A stretch of DNA of 64,000 bases from Phycisphaerales bacterium (GTDB taxonomy: Bacteria; Planctomycetota; Phycisphaerae; WQYP01), in assembly GCA_027451365.1 (NCBI GenBank), contig DAIDJN010000041.1, positions 25,679-89,678 of the forward strand, in the 5' to 3' direction. Both the position numbers and the translations under genes were made by a program. Position 1 is the first letter of the stretch. Every line of letters begins with the position of its first letter. Shown in pieces: positions 40,602 through 51,464 of this stretch. Under the pieces are notes generated by a model. It had not been told where the DNA came from. It did no database searches and saw only the letters and a program-made list of their open reading frames with translations.

Positions 40602-43600
40602 ATGAAAATGGCCCTGAACAGGGGTGGCCCAAAATCGGAGATGAGCATCATGGCTGCGAAGACTTGTCGTTTCCAAAATTCTGCGGGTGGCCGCAATATT
40701 GCCTTAAACCGTTTGAGACAGCGCGCCTGGATGCTGGCGCTTGCGGCGGGCGCGGCGTTGCCCGCCGGCATGGCCGCGGCGGGAAATCCGATGGGAAATC
40801 CGATTCAGGTATCGCATGTGGTGGCGGGCGCGGCCACGTTTGCGCAGGCGGGCGGCACCACGACCATTACGGCCGCCAATAATACGATTATCAACTATGA
40901 ACGCTTTAACATTCCGCATGGGAATACGGTCGATTTTATTCAGCCATCCGCAACAGCGCGGGTGCTTAACCGGATAATCGGGCCGTCGCCCACGCAAATT
41001 GACGGAAATTTGAATGCCAACGGTATCGTCTATTTCGTGAATCCGGCGGGGGTCATGTTCGGCCAGGGCGCGGTGGTGAATGTCGGCCAGTTGTACGCGG
41101 CGGCGGGACATTTTTCGGATGCGGATTTTCTTGCGGGCGGCAATGTCTTTACGGATTCCCAGGGTTCGCTGACGAATGCCGGCGTGATCCGGGCTGGTGA
41201 TGTGACGTTTGCGGCACAGCATATCCGCAATACGGGCACGATTGTGGCGCCACGGGGCATGATTGTGATGGCGGCTGGAACAAATGTATATGTGAGCAAG
41301 CTTGGCTCGCCATTTGTCGTGAAGGTCGCCGGAGGCGATGGCAAAGGCGCCGGGGTGAACAACAGCGGAACACTAAACGCCCAGAACGGCGATGTCGCAA
41401 TTCGCGCAGGGGATATGTATTCGCTTGCGATTGATACTTCCGGCTCCATTCACGCGGGAAATGTGAGCATTCAGGCCGCGGGCGCGGATTCAACCGTTCT
41501 GGTTTCCGGGAAAATAGATGCGGCGGATCAGGGGGCGGATTCCACCGGGGGAAGCATTCGCATAAATGGCGGGCAGATCGGCGTGGGCGTGACGGCCGAT
41601 GCGGCAGGCGCATACCATGCCGCGACGGCGCTGCTCAACGCCTCCGGGGCCGATGGCGGAGGAAAAATTCTGATCGGAGTCAAACCCGACGCGGCATCCG
41701 CCACGGGCTACAGCGACGCCAGCCAATATGATTTTGTCGGGTCAAATGTGGTATTGAACGCATCGGCCACAATCATGGGTCATGGCGGGCTGGTGGACAC
41801 TTCGGGACAGGTGCTGCAGATAAATCCGGGAGCGGCGGTACTGGTTGGCGGTGCGGGCGGCGGAACCGGCGGCAGTTGGCTGCTGGACCCGGCAAATTTA
41901 ACCATTACACATTCGACAACTTCGGGAACCATTACCGGAACGGGAACCAGTCCGGAAACTTTTCAGGCGGGAACCGGGGTGGCCACCGGAACGGTATCCG
42001 ACAGTGACATTACCACCGGCCTGGCGACAGGCGACAATGTGCTGGTGGAAACGACCAACAGCGGTGCCAGCGGCGGCAGTGCGGGAAACATTACGGTCAA
42101 CGGCACCGTGAACATCGACCCGGTGCTGACCAGCAATGTCACGCTTACGCTGCAGGCGAATAACGCGATTGATCTGACCAGCGGTGCGGTTATTCTGCCG
42201 ACCAACAGCGGTGCCAACACGTTTCTGCTGAATGTGGCGCTTATCGCCAATCACGGCAGCGGGGGGGCATCGCCCAATATCGTCATGGATGGCAATATCA
42301 CAACGCTTGGGGGCACATTTTCCGCGAGCACCGGAGGCAGCGGAAGCATAAACCTTGGTGCCAGCGGCACGGCCATCAATTCCGGCACCGGATTGCAAAC
42401 CTACACGGGTCCGGTCACGCTAAGCAGCGCCACCACGCTGCTGGCGGGAACCACGCCAACAACGGGTGTGACGTTCAGTTCCACGGTGGACGGCGGGCAG
42501 GCCCTGACCATCGGCAGTTCGACCAGCGCGACCGATGCGACCTTTGGCGGCAATGTCGGCACAGCCACATCCCTTGCAAGTCTGCAGGTCTTTGGGGCCA
42601 CATCGCTGGCGGCCAATGTGACGACCGCCGGCAATCAGACCTATGCGGGCGCGGTGAATTTGACCGGCACCGTCGCACTGGCCAGTACCGGGGGTACGGG
42701 CAATATCACATTGAATTCGACCGTGGATGGCAACGACGCATTGACCGTGGAGGCCGCAACGGCAATATTTTCCGGCAACGTGGGCACGGGGGCTTCGCTG
42801 GCGAGTCTTTCTGTCGGCGGGTATTCGGCTTCGGGACCGACCGGGGCGGGGGCGGCCACGCTTGCCGGCAATGTGACGACATCCGGCAATCAGACCTATA
42901 GCGGTGCCGTCACGCTGGGTGCCGGGATTGTGCTAAGCGGTTCCGGAGTAGACCTTGCCGGCGGCGTGACCGGCGCGACAAATAATTTGACGGTCATCGG
43001 GGCGGGCACATTCGCAACGGTATCCGGCGTGGGAGCCTTGCAGGAAACCGGCAATGCCATTATAAATGGAAATATATCTACTACTACATCTGTTGATGTC
43101 AGCGGCACAACGGCGCTCAATGCCGCCAGCATCACCACCTCCGGAGCACAGACCTATTCCGGAAATCTGACACTTGGCAGCGCGGCGACGCTTTCCGGAT
43201 CAACCGTGGATCTTGGCGGCGTGACCGGAGCGTCGCACAACCTGACCGTCGTCGGCGCGGGAACGTTTGGCACGGTTGCCGGAGTGGGCGCTTTAACCGA
43301 CACGGGCAATGCCACGTTTGACAGCCCGGTGGCCACCACCGCGTCGATAAGCGTGACCGGAAGCACGCTGATTAATACCGCATCTATCGGCACCACAGGA
43401 ACACAAAGTTATTCCGGAGGGCTGACGCTTGGCACGGCGACTGTGCTGACAGGCTCCGCCGTGAGCCTGTCCGGCGGCGTGACCGGCGGCGCAAATAACC
43501 TGACCGTGACCGGAACAGGCACCTTCGGCGCTGTTTCCGGAGTAGGCGCTCTGGTGGATAACGGCAATGCGGTGTTCAATGGGATTGTTTCCGGCACGAA

Positions 43601-46600
43601 TTCAATTGATGTCACCGGATCGGCGGCGATTAACATCGGTTCAATTACCACGCCGGGCAATCAAACCTTTTCCGGCGCGGTAACGCTGGGCAATGCTGTA
43701 ACGCTGGCGAGTACAGGAGGCGCGGGCGCGATTACATTCGGGTCGTCGATCAGCGGAGCTTTTGCGTTAACGGTTGAATCCGCCACAACCGATTTCCAGG
43801 GCAATGTCGGCAGTGGAACCGGATTGACAGCGTTGGCCAGTTTGTCCGCGGGGGGATATTCAGCCGGCGGACCCACCAGCACGGGCGTTACCACGCTGGC
43901 CGGGAACGTCAGCACCACGGGTGGTCAAACGTATGCGAATTCCCTGACCATCGGTGCCGGCACATTCACGCTTTCTGATAACAGCTCTGCGGGCATTTCC
44001 ACACACGGCATCACGGGAACGGGTTCCGCCACGCTGAATATGAATGAACAGGGAACCGGAGCGGTGAGCGTGAACGGGGTGGTTTCGAGCATTGGTGCAT
44101 TGAATGTCACGGCCAGCGGAACGGTGAATCTTGGGGGCAATATCTCGGCTGGTTCGCTGGCGATATCCTCATCCACCACCGGCACGCCGATTGCGCTGCT
44201 TGCCCCTGTAACCATAGACGCCAATGCGCAGAGTTATTCGGTCAGCGGCGCGGGTGTGGCGTTAAACTTTCCTAACCTTCTGCTGTCCGGCCTGCACGTG
44301 GCGGACCAGGCGGGCACCGCCGCGCCGACGAGTCTTACGTTAACCCAGACAGGCTCCATCACGGATTCTGATCTGCCGGCCCTGACCGCCTTTCCAGGAA
44401 GTACGGTGGCCGGAATGAACTACACCATTGATTCGCTGGCCGGAAACATTTCACTTGGTGTACTGGCCACTGCGCCCGTATCGGGCGCGAATCTGACGCT
44501 TTCCGCCCCTGCGGGAAGCATTACGATTGGAACCTTTGGTTTGCCAATTATTGGCGCCCTGACCGCGACCGCGGTTTCCACCGGCGCGATTACGCTGAAC
44601 AACAACGTCACCACGAGTGGCAATCAGACTTACGGCGGTCCGGTGACACTGGGCAATTCGATTGTGCTGGCCAGCACGGGCGCGACCGGAGTGATCACCT
44701 TTACCTCCACCATCAGCGGCGCTCAGAGCCTTGTGACGGAGGCGAATTCGATTCTTTTCCAGGGAAATGTCGGGTCCGGGAGCAGTTTGACGCCCCTGAC
44801 AAGCCTGGCGGCGGGCGGCTATTCGATTGTCGGTCCGACAGCTGTCGGCACAATTACGCTAGGCGGCAATGTGACCACAGCCGGCAATCAGGCCTGGGAT
44901 GATGCCGTAAACCTTGCCGGCAATGCGACTTTGGCCAGCAGCGGAAGTTCCGGAACGATCACCTTTGGGTCCACGATCAGTGGGGGCGACGCGCTGGCGG
45001 TGGAGGCGGCGAGCACGGTATTTGATAATAATGTCGGCAGCGGATCGCTGACGCCCTTAACCAGTCTTGCCGTTGGCGGATATTCAAATACAGGTCCAAC
45101 GGCTTCCGGAACGGTGCAGATTGGCACAAGTTCCAGCGGTGGATCGTTCAGTACAACTGGAAATCAAAGCTTCAACGCCATGACGCTTCACACAAATGCA
45201 GTATTCACGTCCACCGTCGCCGGGAGTCTGACCTTTGCTTCTGTCACTGGAACCGGAACCGGTTTCACGGCGACAGCCGGTGGCAGTGGGAATATTACCG
45301 CAAGCGGATTGATAGATGTCAGCGGCGGCGCGGGTGCAGCAGGTTTTTCCGGGAGCGGCGGTAGCGGCGGAGCAGGCGGCAACGGCGGGGCGGTTCATAT
45401 ATCTGCTGGAACAGGTGCAATCAGTCTGGCAAATGTGACCTCAAATGGCGGTGCCGGCGGTGCTGGCGGAATGGGGTTGAGTAATTTTATGACAGGAGGA
45501 ATTGGCGGCACCGGCGGCGCAGGCGGAGCCGGCGGCAGCGGCGGAACAATTTCCATCCTTGGCGGCAACGATGCAACGGCCGGAAATATAAATGATATTG
45601 GCGGAACAGGAGGCGCGGGTGGGGCCGGCGGATTGGCGCCTTTTGGCACGCCAGGCTTTCCGGGCAGCGGCGGTAATGGTGGTGCCGCCGCCAGCGTCAC
45701 TATCACCAGTTCAACTGGTGTTGCGTCCGCCGGCAATATCACCGCAATCGGTGCGGTCGGCGGATCGGGATTGGCAAGTGGCGCATCGGGGGCGAATGCC
45801 AATATTGTGATCAATGGAGCGAATGGTTTTACGCTTAATGCCGGAACCGGAAATTCCGTAGCCCTGTCGGGCGCGGCGATCAGTATTACGGGGTCCGGAA
45901 CGCTAGATGGTGATACCACCCTCACCGGCACCACACTTAACAGTGGCGCAGCGGGTTTTGCAGTGTCGGCCGGTAATGCACATAGCCTAACTCTGCAACT
46001 TTCCGGTGCTGTTAACCTGGGTTCATTGGGGGGGCTGAACACGCTTATGGCGGCCAACAGCGGCCCATTTACTCTTGGTGGCAATATCAGCACACTGGGC
46101 AGTCAGACTTTTGACGGACCAGTCAACCTTGCCGCGCCCGTGATACTTACGAGTTCCAATGCCGGGGGCATTTTATTTTCCGGATCGCCTGCCACTATCA
46201 ATGGAAATCAACCACTGACGGTCAGTACCACGGGCACCGGCGGAGCGCTGGGAACTGTAACGTTCGGCGGTATTGTCGGGGGTGCAGCGCCTCTGGCATC
46301 GTTGACGGTAACGGGAAATGTGTCGCTTGGTGGAAACGTGACAACCATCGGATCGCAAACATTTAACGACGGCGTGACATTGAACGACGGCGGTTTGCCT
46401 GTCACGTTTACGTTCCTGGCGGGAAGCAATACTGTTTCGTTCAATGGCACACTTGACGGCCAGACCGCTGGCGATTCAGCCGTGGTTATCGGCAGTGGCG
46501 GTCAGCCCAGCGGCGCGATTCTGGGCGGCAATGTGGGCGGGACCCATATTTTATCCTCTCTGACCGTTAACGGCGGCGTATCCATCGGTGCAAATGTAAC

Positions 46601-49136
46601 GACATTCGGCAATCAAACCTATCTTGGGAATGCCATGCTTACCGGCACCTCGGACAGCTTATTGGCGAATTTCCTCGCGCCGGCTCTGGTTAAATTCGGC
46701 GGTACGGTGGATGGTGCTTCCGCCCTTTCCATTGGCAATTCCGGAACCTTTCTAACCTCTAATGCCGAATTTGACGGAACCGTTGGAGGCCATACATCGC
46801 TGACATCCTTGCTGGTGACCGGCGCGGCAACATTGGGAGGCAATGTCACAACTGCCGGTACGCAGGAGTTTAATGGCGCTCTTACGCTGGCACATTCGGC
46901 CGCGCTTGTCAGTACCGGCAGCGGCAGTACAGGCAATATTTCATTCGGATCCACGGTGGACGGTTCCGGCGGACTTCCGGCTTTGAGCATCAACACCGCG
47001 GGAACCACGAATTTTGGCGGCGTGGTCGGCGGCCCGGTGCCCGCTTCGGCGGATATTTCCGGAGTAGACGTGCAAAACGGACCGGCGGCCTTGGCTGGCA
47101 ATGTCAGCACCACCGGCGGGCAAACCTACGCGAAGGGCGCGTCCATCGGCGCGAGCCTTACGCTGACCGGCACAACTTTAAATGCTTCACCCGCGGCAGC
47201 GGCGGCATTTACGGGAACCGGTACTCAGGACCTGACCCTGAATTTCAGTACATCTGTGAATCTGGACCTGGTGAATTCGTCCATGTTGGGCAATCTGTAT
47301 CTGGACAACCCGACCGGCGCGCTGACCATTCCCCAGTCCGTGGCTATCAATTATCCGCTGACGGTTGCCGGGCCGGTAACGCTTGGCCGGAATACCGATC
47401 CGGCCGGTACCAATTTAAATCTGGATGGCCCGTCATTTTCATTTCAAAACACGTTGAGTGATGGAGGCAATGGCAACGATAATCTGGTGATTGGGCCTAT
47501 GACGGGCGGTTCTTCAGGCGGAAATCTGCAATTGCAGGGCGCGGTTGGTGGGACCAGCGCAACAGATTTTGCCTCTCTTTCCGTTGCGGGAACCACAACG
47601 CTGGGGAACAACGCCACCGCAATAACCACGGTTGGAAGCCAGGTGTATCGCGGAGCGATGAGTATCAGCAATGGCAATGTGACCACCACGTTGAGCAGTT
47701 CGGCAGGAGGCATTGAGGAGGATGGTGGCATAAGTGACCTGTCAGGAAGCATCGCGCTTCAGCCGACGCGGGCGCTGGTGGCTCCCACCTCCATTCTTGG
47801 CGGCGCGGACAAAGGCGATTTTCGCCCACAGGCTTATCTGACGCTCAATGGCAGCATCAGTGCTCCGGTTGGGACCGTTTCTCTGGCATTTTTGGAACCG
47901 ACATATCAGGGGGCGACCACCTTTACCACCGGCGGGGGGGCGGTGATTGGTGTTGTGCCTGACGCGGCGACAATCGTGACGACCAATCCGGGTGGATTAT
48001 CTGTACTGGGGCAGATTGTAAAAATGGGGCCATACCAGAAATGGACATCACTGGGAACATTGGGCCTTACCGCCAATCAGGTGTTCCTGGGAGATATGAA
48101 TGTGGCCGGAACTCTTTCCATTTCCTCACCATCCATTGCGATGTGGCTTCGTCCGGCCGGCTCGCTGCTGGTTGCCGGCACCGGCGGAACGGGGGCTTTG
48201 GGTTTGCATACCGATACAGCCGGGCAGGATGGTGTGGATATTGTGGCCAACTCCATATCCATGTCCAGCACACCGGTTGGTGATTCGTCCTATTCCACCG
48301 GTCTGGCGCCACAGTTTGCTATCGGATCTGGCGGAAGCAGCAATGTGCAGCCGGTGCATGATTTCGGCGTGCCGATATCGGCCTCTCTTCTTTCCGCGAG
48401 CAACACAACAAGCAGCACTCCAGCGACGTATTATCTTGACTTGCGTGCCACGGGTCCGGCGACATCCAACGTGTTCTTTACGGTCTCACCCATCATTCCG
48501 CCGCCGGCCCCACAGATCAACACGATTGTTGTCCTGTCAGAATCTGAGCGGACAATTCTGCGCGAGGCGGGAATTAACGCCCGCAATACGCCGCTGGACG
48601 ATATGCTGGATCTTTACGGTGGTCGCGCCGTTTTCAATGATATTCCGACCAGTGACGGTGTGGTGATTATTCATCCGACGCTGCTGGATTATTATGTCAC
48701 GACAAGCCGTCTGCCCTATCAGCAGACCAAAGACTTCATCACCCTTTATCGCTCCATTTTTCTGCAATCGAAAATAGATCCGAAAACCCATCGGCCAGTC
48801 CTGGACAAGGCGGGGAACCCGGTGTATCAGTCCCGCCGGACGGCGCTTCACCTGTTATTCAAAAATTCCTATGCGGCCTATGTCAAGGCGGTGGGCCCGA
48901 CTCACGCAACGGCGCTGGGCTATCGGACCTGGCTGGCCCGGACGCCGGCGCAGGCAGCCGCCTTAAACACGCTCAAACAACTGCATCAGTTATTGATTCA
49001 GGCGCACCGGCTTGGCTTGACGGCCGTGGAACTGCGTCTCTCCACAAGTACGATACTTGCCCAGCTTAATCCGGAAGCACTTTCGGAGCGGCAGTTTGAG
49101 GAAGCCGTAACCGCAACCAGGCTTTCGCATCTTTAA
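40602..49136 (+). CDS. giant TpsA exoprotein (filamentous hemagglutinin-like, 2844 aa) with N-terminal TPS secretion domain, beta-helical repeat body, Gly-rich segment and unique ~230-aa C-terminal domain
   Basis: Extended signal peptide, then the TPS domain NPIQVSHVVAGAATFAQAGGTTTITAANNTIINYERFNIPHGNTVDFIQPSATARVLNRIIGPSPTQIDGNLNANGIVYFVNPAGVMFG. Three tandem ~86-aa repeats near 42.9-43.7 kb. GGAGGxGG tract near 45.3-45.7 kb. Non-repetitive tail after IIPPPAPQ (48.49-49.14 kb). No VENN pretoxin motif. Confidence 0.85.
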   Translation: MKMALNRGGPKSEMSIMAAKTCRFQNSAGGRNIALNRLRQRAWMLALAAGAALPAGMAAAGNPMGNPIQVSHVVAGAATFAQAGGTTTITAANNTIINYERFNIPHGNTVDFIQPSATARVLNRIIGPSPTQIDGNLNANGIVYFVNPAGVMFGQGAVVNVGQLYAAAGHFSDADFLAGGNVFTDSQGSLTNAGVIRAGDVTFAAQHIRNTGTIVAPRGMIVMAAGTNVYVSKLGSPFVVKVAGGDGKGAGVNNSGTLNAQNGDVAIRAGDMYSLAIDTSGSIHAGNVSIQAAGADSTVLVSGKIDAADQGADSTGGSIRINGGQIGVGVTADAAGAYHAATALLNASGADGGGKILIGVKPDAASATGYSDASQYDFVGSNVVLNASATIMGHGGLVDTSGQVLQINPGAAVLVGGAGGGTGGSWLLDPANLTITHSTTSGTITGTGTSPETFQAGTGVATGTVSDSDITTGLATGDNVLVETTNSGASGGSAGNITVNGTVNIDPVLTSNVTLTLQANNAIDLTSGAVILPTNSGANTFLLNVALIANHGSGGASPNIVMDGNITTLGGTFSASTGGSGSINLGASGTAINSGTGLQTYTGPVTLSSATTLLAGTTPTTGVTFSSTVDGGQALTIGSSTSATDATFGGNVGTATSLASLQVFGATSLAANVTTAGNQTYAGAVNLTGTVALASTGGTGNITLNSTVDGNDALTVEAATAIFSGNVGTGASLASLSVGGYSASGPTGAGAATLAGNVTTSGNQTYSGAVTLGAGIVLSGSGVDLAGGVTGATNNLTVIGAGTFATVSGVGALQETGNAIINGNISTTTSVDVSGTTALNAASITTSGAQTYSGNLTLGSAATLSGSTVDLGGVTGASHNLTVVGAGTFGTVAGVGALTDTGNATFDSPVATTASISVTGSTLINTASIGTTGTQSYSGGLTLGTATVLTGSAVSLSGGVTGGANNLTVTGTGTFGAVSGVGALVDNGNAVFNGIVSGTNSIDVTGSAAINIGSITTPGNQTFSGAVTLGNAVTLASTGGAGAITFGSSISGAFALTVESATTDFQGNVGSGTGLTALASLSAGGYSAGGPTSTGVTTLAGNVSTTGGQTYANSLTIGAGTFTLSDNSSAGISTHGITGTGSATLNMNEQGTGAVSVNGVVSSIGALNVTASGTVNLGGNISAGSLAISSSTTGTPIALLAPVTIDANAQSYSVSGAGVALNFPNLLLSGLHVADQAGTAAPTSLTLTQTGSITDSDLPALTAFPGSTVAGMNYTIDSLAGNISLGVLATAPVSGANLTLSAPAGSITIGTFGLPIIGALTATAVSTGAITLNNNVTTSGNQTYGGPVTLGNSIVLASTGATGVITFTSTISGAQSLVTEANSILFQGNVGSGSSLTPLTSLAAGGYSIVGPTAVGTITLGGNVTTAGNQAWDDAVNLAGNATLASSGSSGTITFGSTISGGDALAVEAASTVFDNNVGSGSLTPLTSLAVGGYSNTGPTASGTVQIGTSSSGGSFSTTGNQSFNAMTLHTNAVFTSTVAGSLTFASVTGTGTGFTATAGGSGNITASGLIDVSGGAGAAGFSGSGGSGGAGGNGGAVHISAGTGAISLANVTSNGGAGGAGGMGLSNFMTGGIGGTGGAGGAGGSGGTISILGGNDATAGNINDIGGTGGAGGAGGLAPFGTPGFPGSGGNGGAAASVTITSSTGVASAGNITAIGAVGGSGLASGASGANANIVINGANGFTLNAGTGNSVALSGAAISITGSGTLDGDTTLTGTTLNSGAAGFAVSAGNAHSLTLQLSGAVNLGSLGGLNTLMAANSGPFTLGGNISTLGSQTFDGPVNLAAPVILTSSNAGGILFSGSPATINGNQPLTVSTTGTGGALGTVTFGGIVGGAAPLASLTVTGNVSLGGNVTTIGSQTFNDGVTLNDGGLPVTFTFLAGSNTVSFNGTLDGQTAGDSAVVIGSGGQPSGAILGGNVGGTHILSSLTVNGGVSIGANVTTFGNQTYLGNAMLTGTSDSLLANFLAPALVKFGGTVDGASALSIGNSGTFLTSNAEFDGTVGGHTSLTSLLVTGAATLGGNVTTAGTQEFNGALTLAHSAALVSTGSGSTGNISFGSTVDGSGGLPALSINTAGTTNFGGVVGGPVPASADISGVDVQNGPAALAGNVSTTGGQTYAKGASIGASLTLTGTTLNASPAAAAAFTGTGTQDLTLNFSTSVNLDLVNSSMLGNLYLDNPTGALTIPQSVAINYPLTVAGPVTLGRNTDPAGTNLNLDGPSFSFQNTLSDGGNGNDNLVIGPMTGGSSGGNLQLQGAVGGTSATDFASLSVAGTTTLGNNATAITTVGSQVYRGAMSISNGNVTTTLSSSAGGIEEDGGISDLSGSIALQPTRALVAPTSILGGADKGDFRPQAYLTLNGSISAPVGTVSLAFLEPTYQGATTFTTGGGAVIGVVPDAATIVTTNPGGLSVLGQIVKMGPYQKWTSLGTLGLTANQVFLGDMNVAGTLSISSPSIAMWLRPAGSLLVAGTGGTGALGLHTDTAGQDGVDIVANSISMSSTPVGDSSYSTGLAPQFAIGSGGSSNVQPVHDFGVPISASLLSASNTTSSTPATYYLDLRATGPATSNVFFTVSPIIPPPAPQINTIVVLSESERTILREAGINARNTPLDDMLDLYGGRAVFNDIPTSDGVVIIHPTLLDYYVTTSRLPYQQTKDFITLYRSIFLQSKIDPKTHRPVLDKAGNPVYQSRRTALHLLFKNSYAAYVKAVGPTHATALGYRTWLARTPAQAAALNTLKQLHQLLIQAHRLGLTAVELRLSTSTILAQLNPEALSERQFEEAVTATRLSHL

Positions 49137-49302
49137 TCCATTGGGAATGGATGGCACTCTGGCTTGTCGGCGGTGGATTTGGAATATCGTATTTTCAGGC
49201 GAGACTTTGCGCCTCCTGGCGGGTATACTTCGGCCCTTGAGTTCGCCGGGCGCTTAACCCGGAAGCGCTCAAGAAAGAGATCATTGTTACGAGGCTATTG
49301 CG

Positions 49303-51390
49303 ATGGCAGGCTACTCGCAGGATAACCGCGGCATTGGGGTAAAAACTCCGCTGGGCAAGGATGTTCTGCTGCTGGAATCGATCGAGGGAACTGAAGAATT
49401 AAGCCGCCCGTTTCAATATCGTTTGCGGATGTTCAGTACAAATCAGGCGGTCGCGTTCGGCGATATTCTTGGTCAGCCAGTTACCGTGAACCTCAAACAG
49501 ACGGGAAACAACATCCGTTATTTTAATGGATATGTTTCAAGTTTTCAGCAGGTTTTCAGTGACGGTCCGAACAATTATTATGAAGCGATTGTCGTGCCGT
49601 GGACCTGGTTTCTTAACGGACACGCGGATTGCCGCATTTTCCAGAAAATGACGGTTCCGGCCATCATTCAGCAGATATTTTCGGATCGCGGCTATTCCGA
49701 TTTTCAGTTGTCGCTTAACGGGAGTTACCGGACGCGTGAATTCTGCGTGCAGTACCGTGAGACTGATTTTGCGTTTATATCTCGGCTGATGGAAGAGGAA
49801 GGAATGTACTATTTCTTCCAACATCAGGATGGCAAGCATACCATGGTTCTGGCCGATGGCATTTCCGCACATCAGGCCGCTGCCAATCATGCGAAGCTCG
49901 GCTATCAGTCGCCCGGGCGCAATCAGAAAGAAAATGGCGTTACCGACTGGCGCACGGAACAGCTTGTGCAGCCCGGAGCCTTTGCTCTGACGGATTACGA
50001 CTTCACCGCGCCTTCCAAATCGCTGGCGTGCAATTCGCAGAATACGCGCGGGGTGGCGCAATCCAAGAATGAAATATTTAATTATCCTGGCGGCTATCTG
50101 GACACCAACGATGGCGATAATTACGTTAAATATCGCATGCAGGAACGCCAATGTCAGTATGAACTGATGCACGGGCAGACGGTTTGCCGCGGCGTGGTCA
50201 CCGGCTGCACTTTTACGCTGGCGGATCATCCGCGAGCGGATCAGAATCAGGAATATCTGACAACGCAGTCCCGTCTGTTTTTTTCTGTTGGAAACTATTT
50301 CACGGGCCAGGTGGGTGTGGCGGACGAAAAGTTTGAATGCCAGTTTTCAGCCATTGCCGCATCCCAGCAGTTTCGGCCGCCACGGGTAACGCCGCGTCCT
50401 TTTATTCGTGGCCTGCAGACCGCGGTGGTGGTCGGGCCGTCGGGACAGGAAATCGCGACTGATTCTTACGGTCGCGTCAAGGTGCAATTCCACTGGGACC
50501 GCTACGGTACGTCCGATGAAAATTCCTCCTGTTTTATCCGGGTGGCCCAGGTCTGGGCCGGAAAACAATGGGGGGCGATTTTCATACCGCGCATCGGCCA
50601 GGAGGTCGTCGTGGCGTTTCTGGAGGGCGATCCGGACAAGCCCCTGATTACCGGCAGCGTTTACAACGCGGATCAGAAAGTTCCCTATACGCTGCCCGAT
50701 AACGCCACGCAATCCGGCATTACAACCAATTCGAGCACCGGTGGCGGTGGGTCGAATCAAATCCGTTTTGAGGACAAGGCCGGAAGCGAAGATCTCTATA
50801 TACATGCCCAGAAAACGATGAATCTTGTGGTGGAGGACACCTTCAGTGAATCACATGGCAAGGAACACCACGTCACCACTAAAACCGATAAATTTGAACA
50901 TATCAAGGGTAAAAATCATCTGACGGTGGATTCGGATGCAAAGGACAAGCTCGGGGGCGATTACGATCTGGCCGTCAGCGGCAACGCCAAAGAGAAAATC
51001 GGCGGAGACTATAACCTGAATGTGTCAGGCAAGGCTCCCATTTCCATCGGTGGGCAGCTTTCACTTAGCGTGACTGGCGATGTTGTGGAAGTTTTCAGCG
51101 GCAACCATTCCGAGGCTACCACTAAAAATTACTACATCAAGGCGGCACAGATTGTCATTGAGGCTCAGCAGGGGGTCAGCATCGTCTGCGGAAGCAATTC
51201 CCTGGTCATAGACTCCAGCGGCGTAAGTGTCAATGGTTCGATGATTACGATCAATGCGTCCGGAATGACGAAAATTAACTCCGGCCCCGGTTCCTCCGCG
51301 CAGTCCGGAAGTGCCGGATCCGCTGATTCGCCGGCTGATCCGATCGCGCCGACCGACGCCACGCTTCCCACAGATATTGATGCCTCCTGA
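49303..51390 (+). CDS. vgrG: type VI secretion spike protein VgrG (TssI), no C-terminal effector extension
   Basis: gp27-like and gp5-like regions (VTGCTFTLADHP; QSGITTNSSTGGGGSNQIRFEDKAGSEDLYIHAQK) and a C-terminal Gly-rich beta-helix of repeated 8-aa DSDAKDKLGGDYDL-type motifs. Confidence 0.85.
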   Translation: MAGYSQDNRGIGVKTPLGKDVLLLESIEGTEELSRPFQYRLRMFSTNQAVAFGDILGQPVTVNLKQTGNNIRYFNGYVSSFQQVFSDGPNNYYEAIVVPWTWFLNGHADCRIFQKMTVPAIIQQIFSDRGYSDFQLSLNGSYRTREFCVQYRETDFAFISRLMEEEGMYYFFQHQDGKHTMVLADGISAHQAAANHAKLGYQSPGRNQKENGVTDWRTEQLVQPGAFALTDYDFTAPSKSLACNSQNTRGVAQSKNEIFNYPGGYLDTNDGDNYVKYRMQERQCQYELMHGQTVCRGVVTGCTFTLADHPRADQNQEYLTTQSRLFFSVGNYFTGQVGVADEKFECQFSAIAASQQFRPPRVTPRPFIRGLQTAVVVGPSGQEIATDSYGRVKVQFHWDRYGTSDENSSCFIRVAQVWAGKQWGAIFIPRIGQEVVVAFLEGDPDKPLITGSVYNADQKVPYTLPDNATQSGITTNSSTGGGGSNQIRFEDKAGSEDLYIHAQKTMNLVVEDTFSESHGKEHHVTTKTDKFEHIKGKNHLTVDSDAKDKLGGDYDLAVSGNAKEKIGGDYNLNVSGKAPISIGGQLSLSVTGDVVEVFSGNHSEATTKNYYIKAAQIVIEAQQGVSIVCGSNSLVIDSSGVSVNGSMITINASGMTKINSGPGSSAQSGSAGSADSPADPIAPTDATLPTDIDAS

Positions 51391-51464
51391 TATTGTGCGT
51401 GTTGGTTTGCCGCCGAATGGCCGTTGTTCGTATAATTTGCCCGCTTGCGACAGGAGACTTTGCC

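Noticed and set aside
38727-40676. 244-aa and 276-aa minus-strand ORFs
   Set aside because: Antisense to the TpsB gene. Arg-rich, no motifs.
40704-48851. Many 60-230-aa minus-strand ORFs (e.g. 45395-46093, 46619-47113, 41898-42398) and small plus-frame ORFs inside the TpsA gene
   Set aside because: Shadow ORFs in a long, GC-rich, highly repetitive coding region. Pro/Ala/Val-rich low-complexity translations, no RBS or motifs, and wholly embedded in a gene with a strong TPS-domain signature.
49228-49255. Hairpin GCGCTT-aacccgg-AAGCGC between tpsA and vgrG as a terminator
   Set aside because: Only a 6-bp stem and no downstream T-run; not called.
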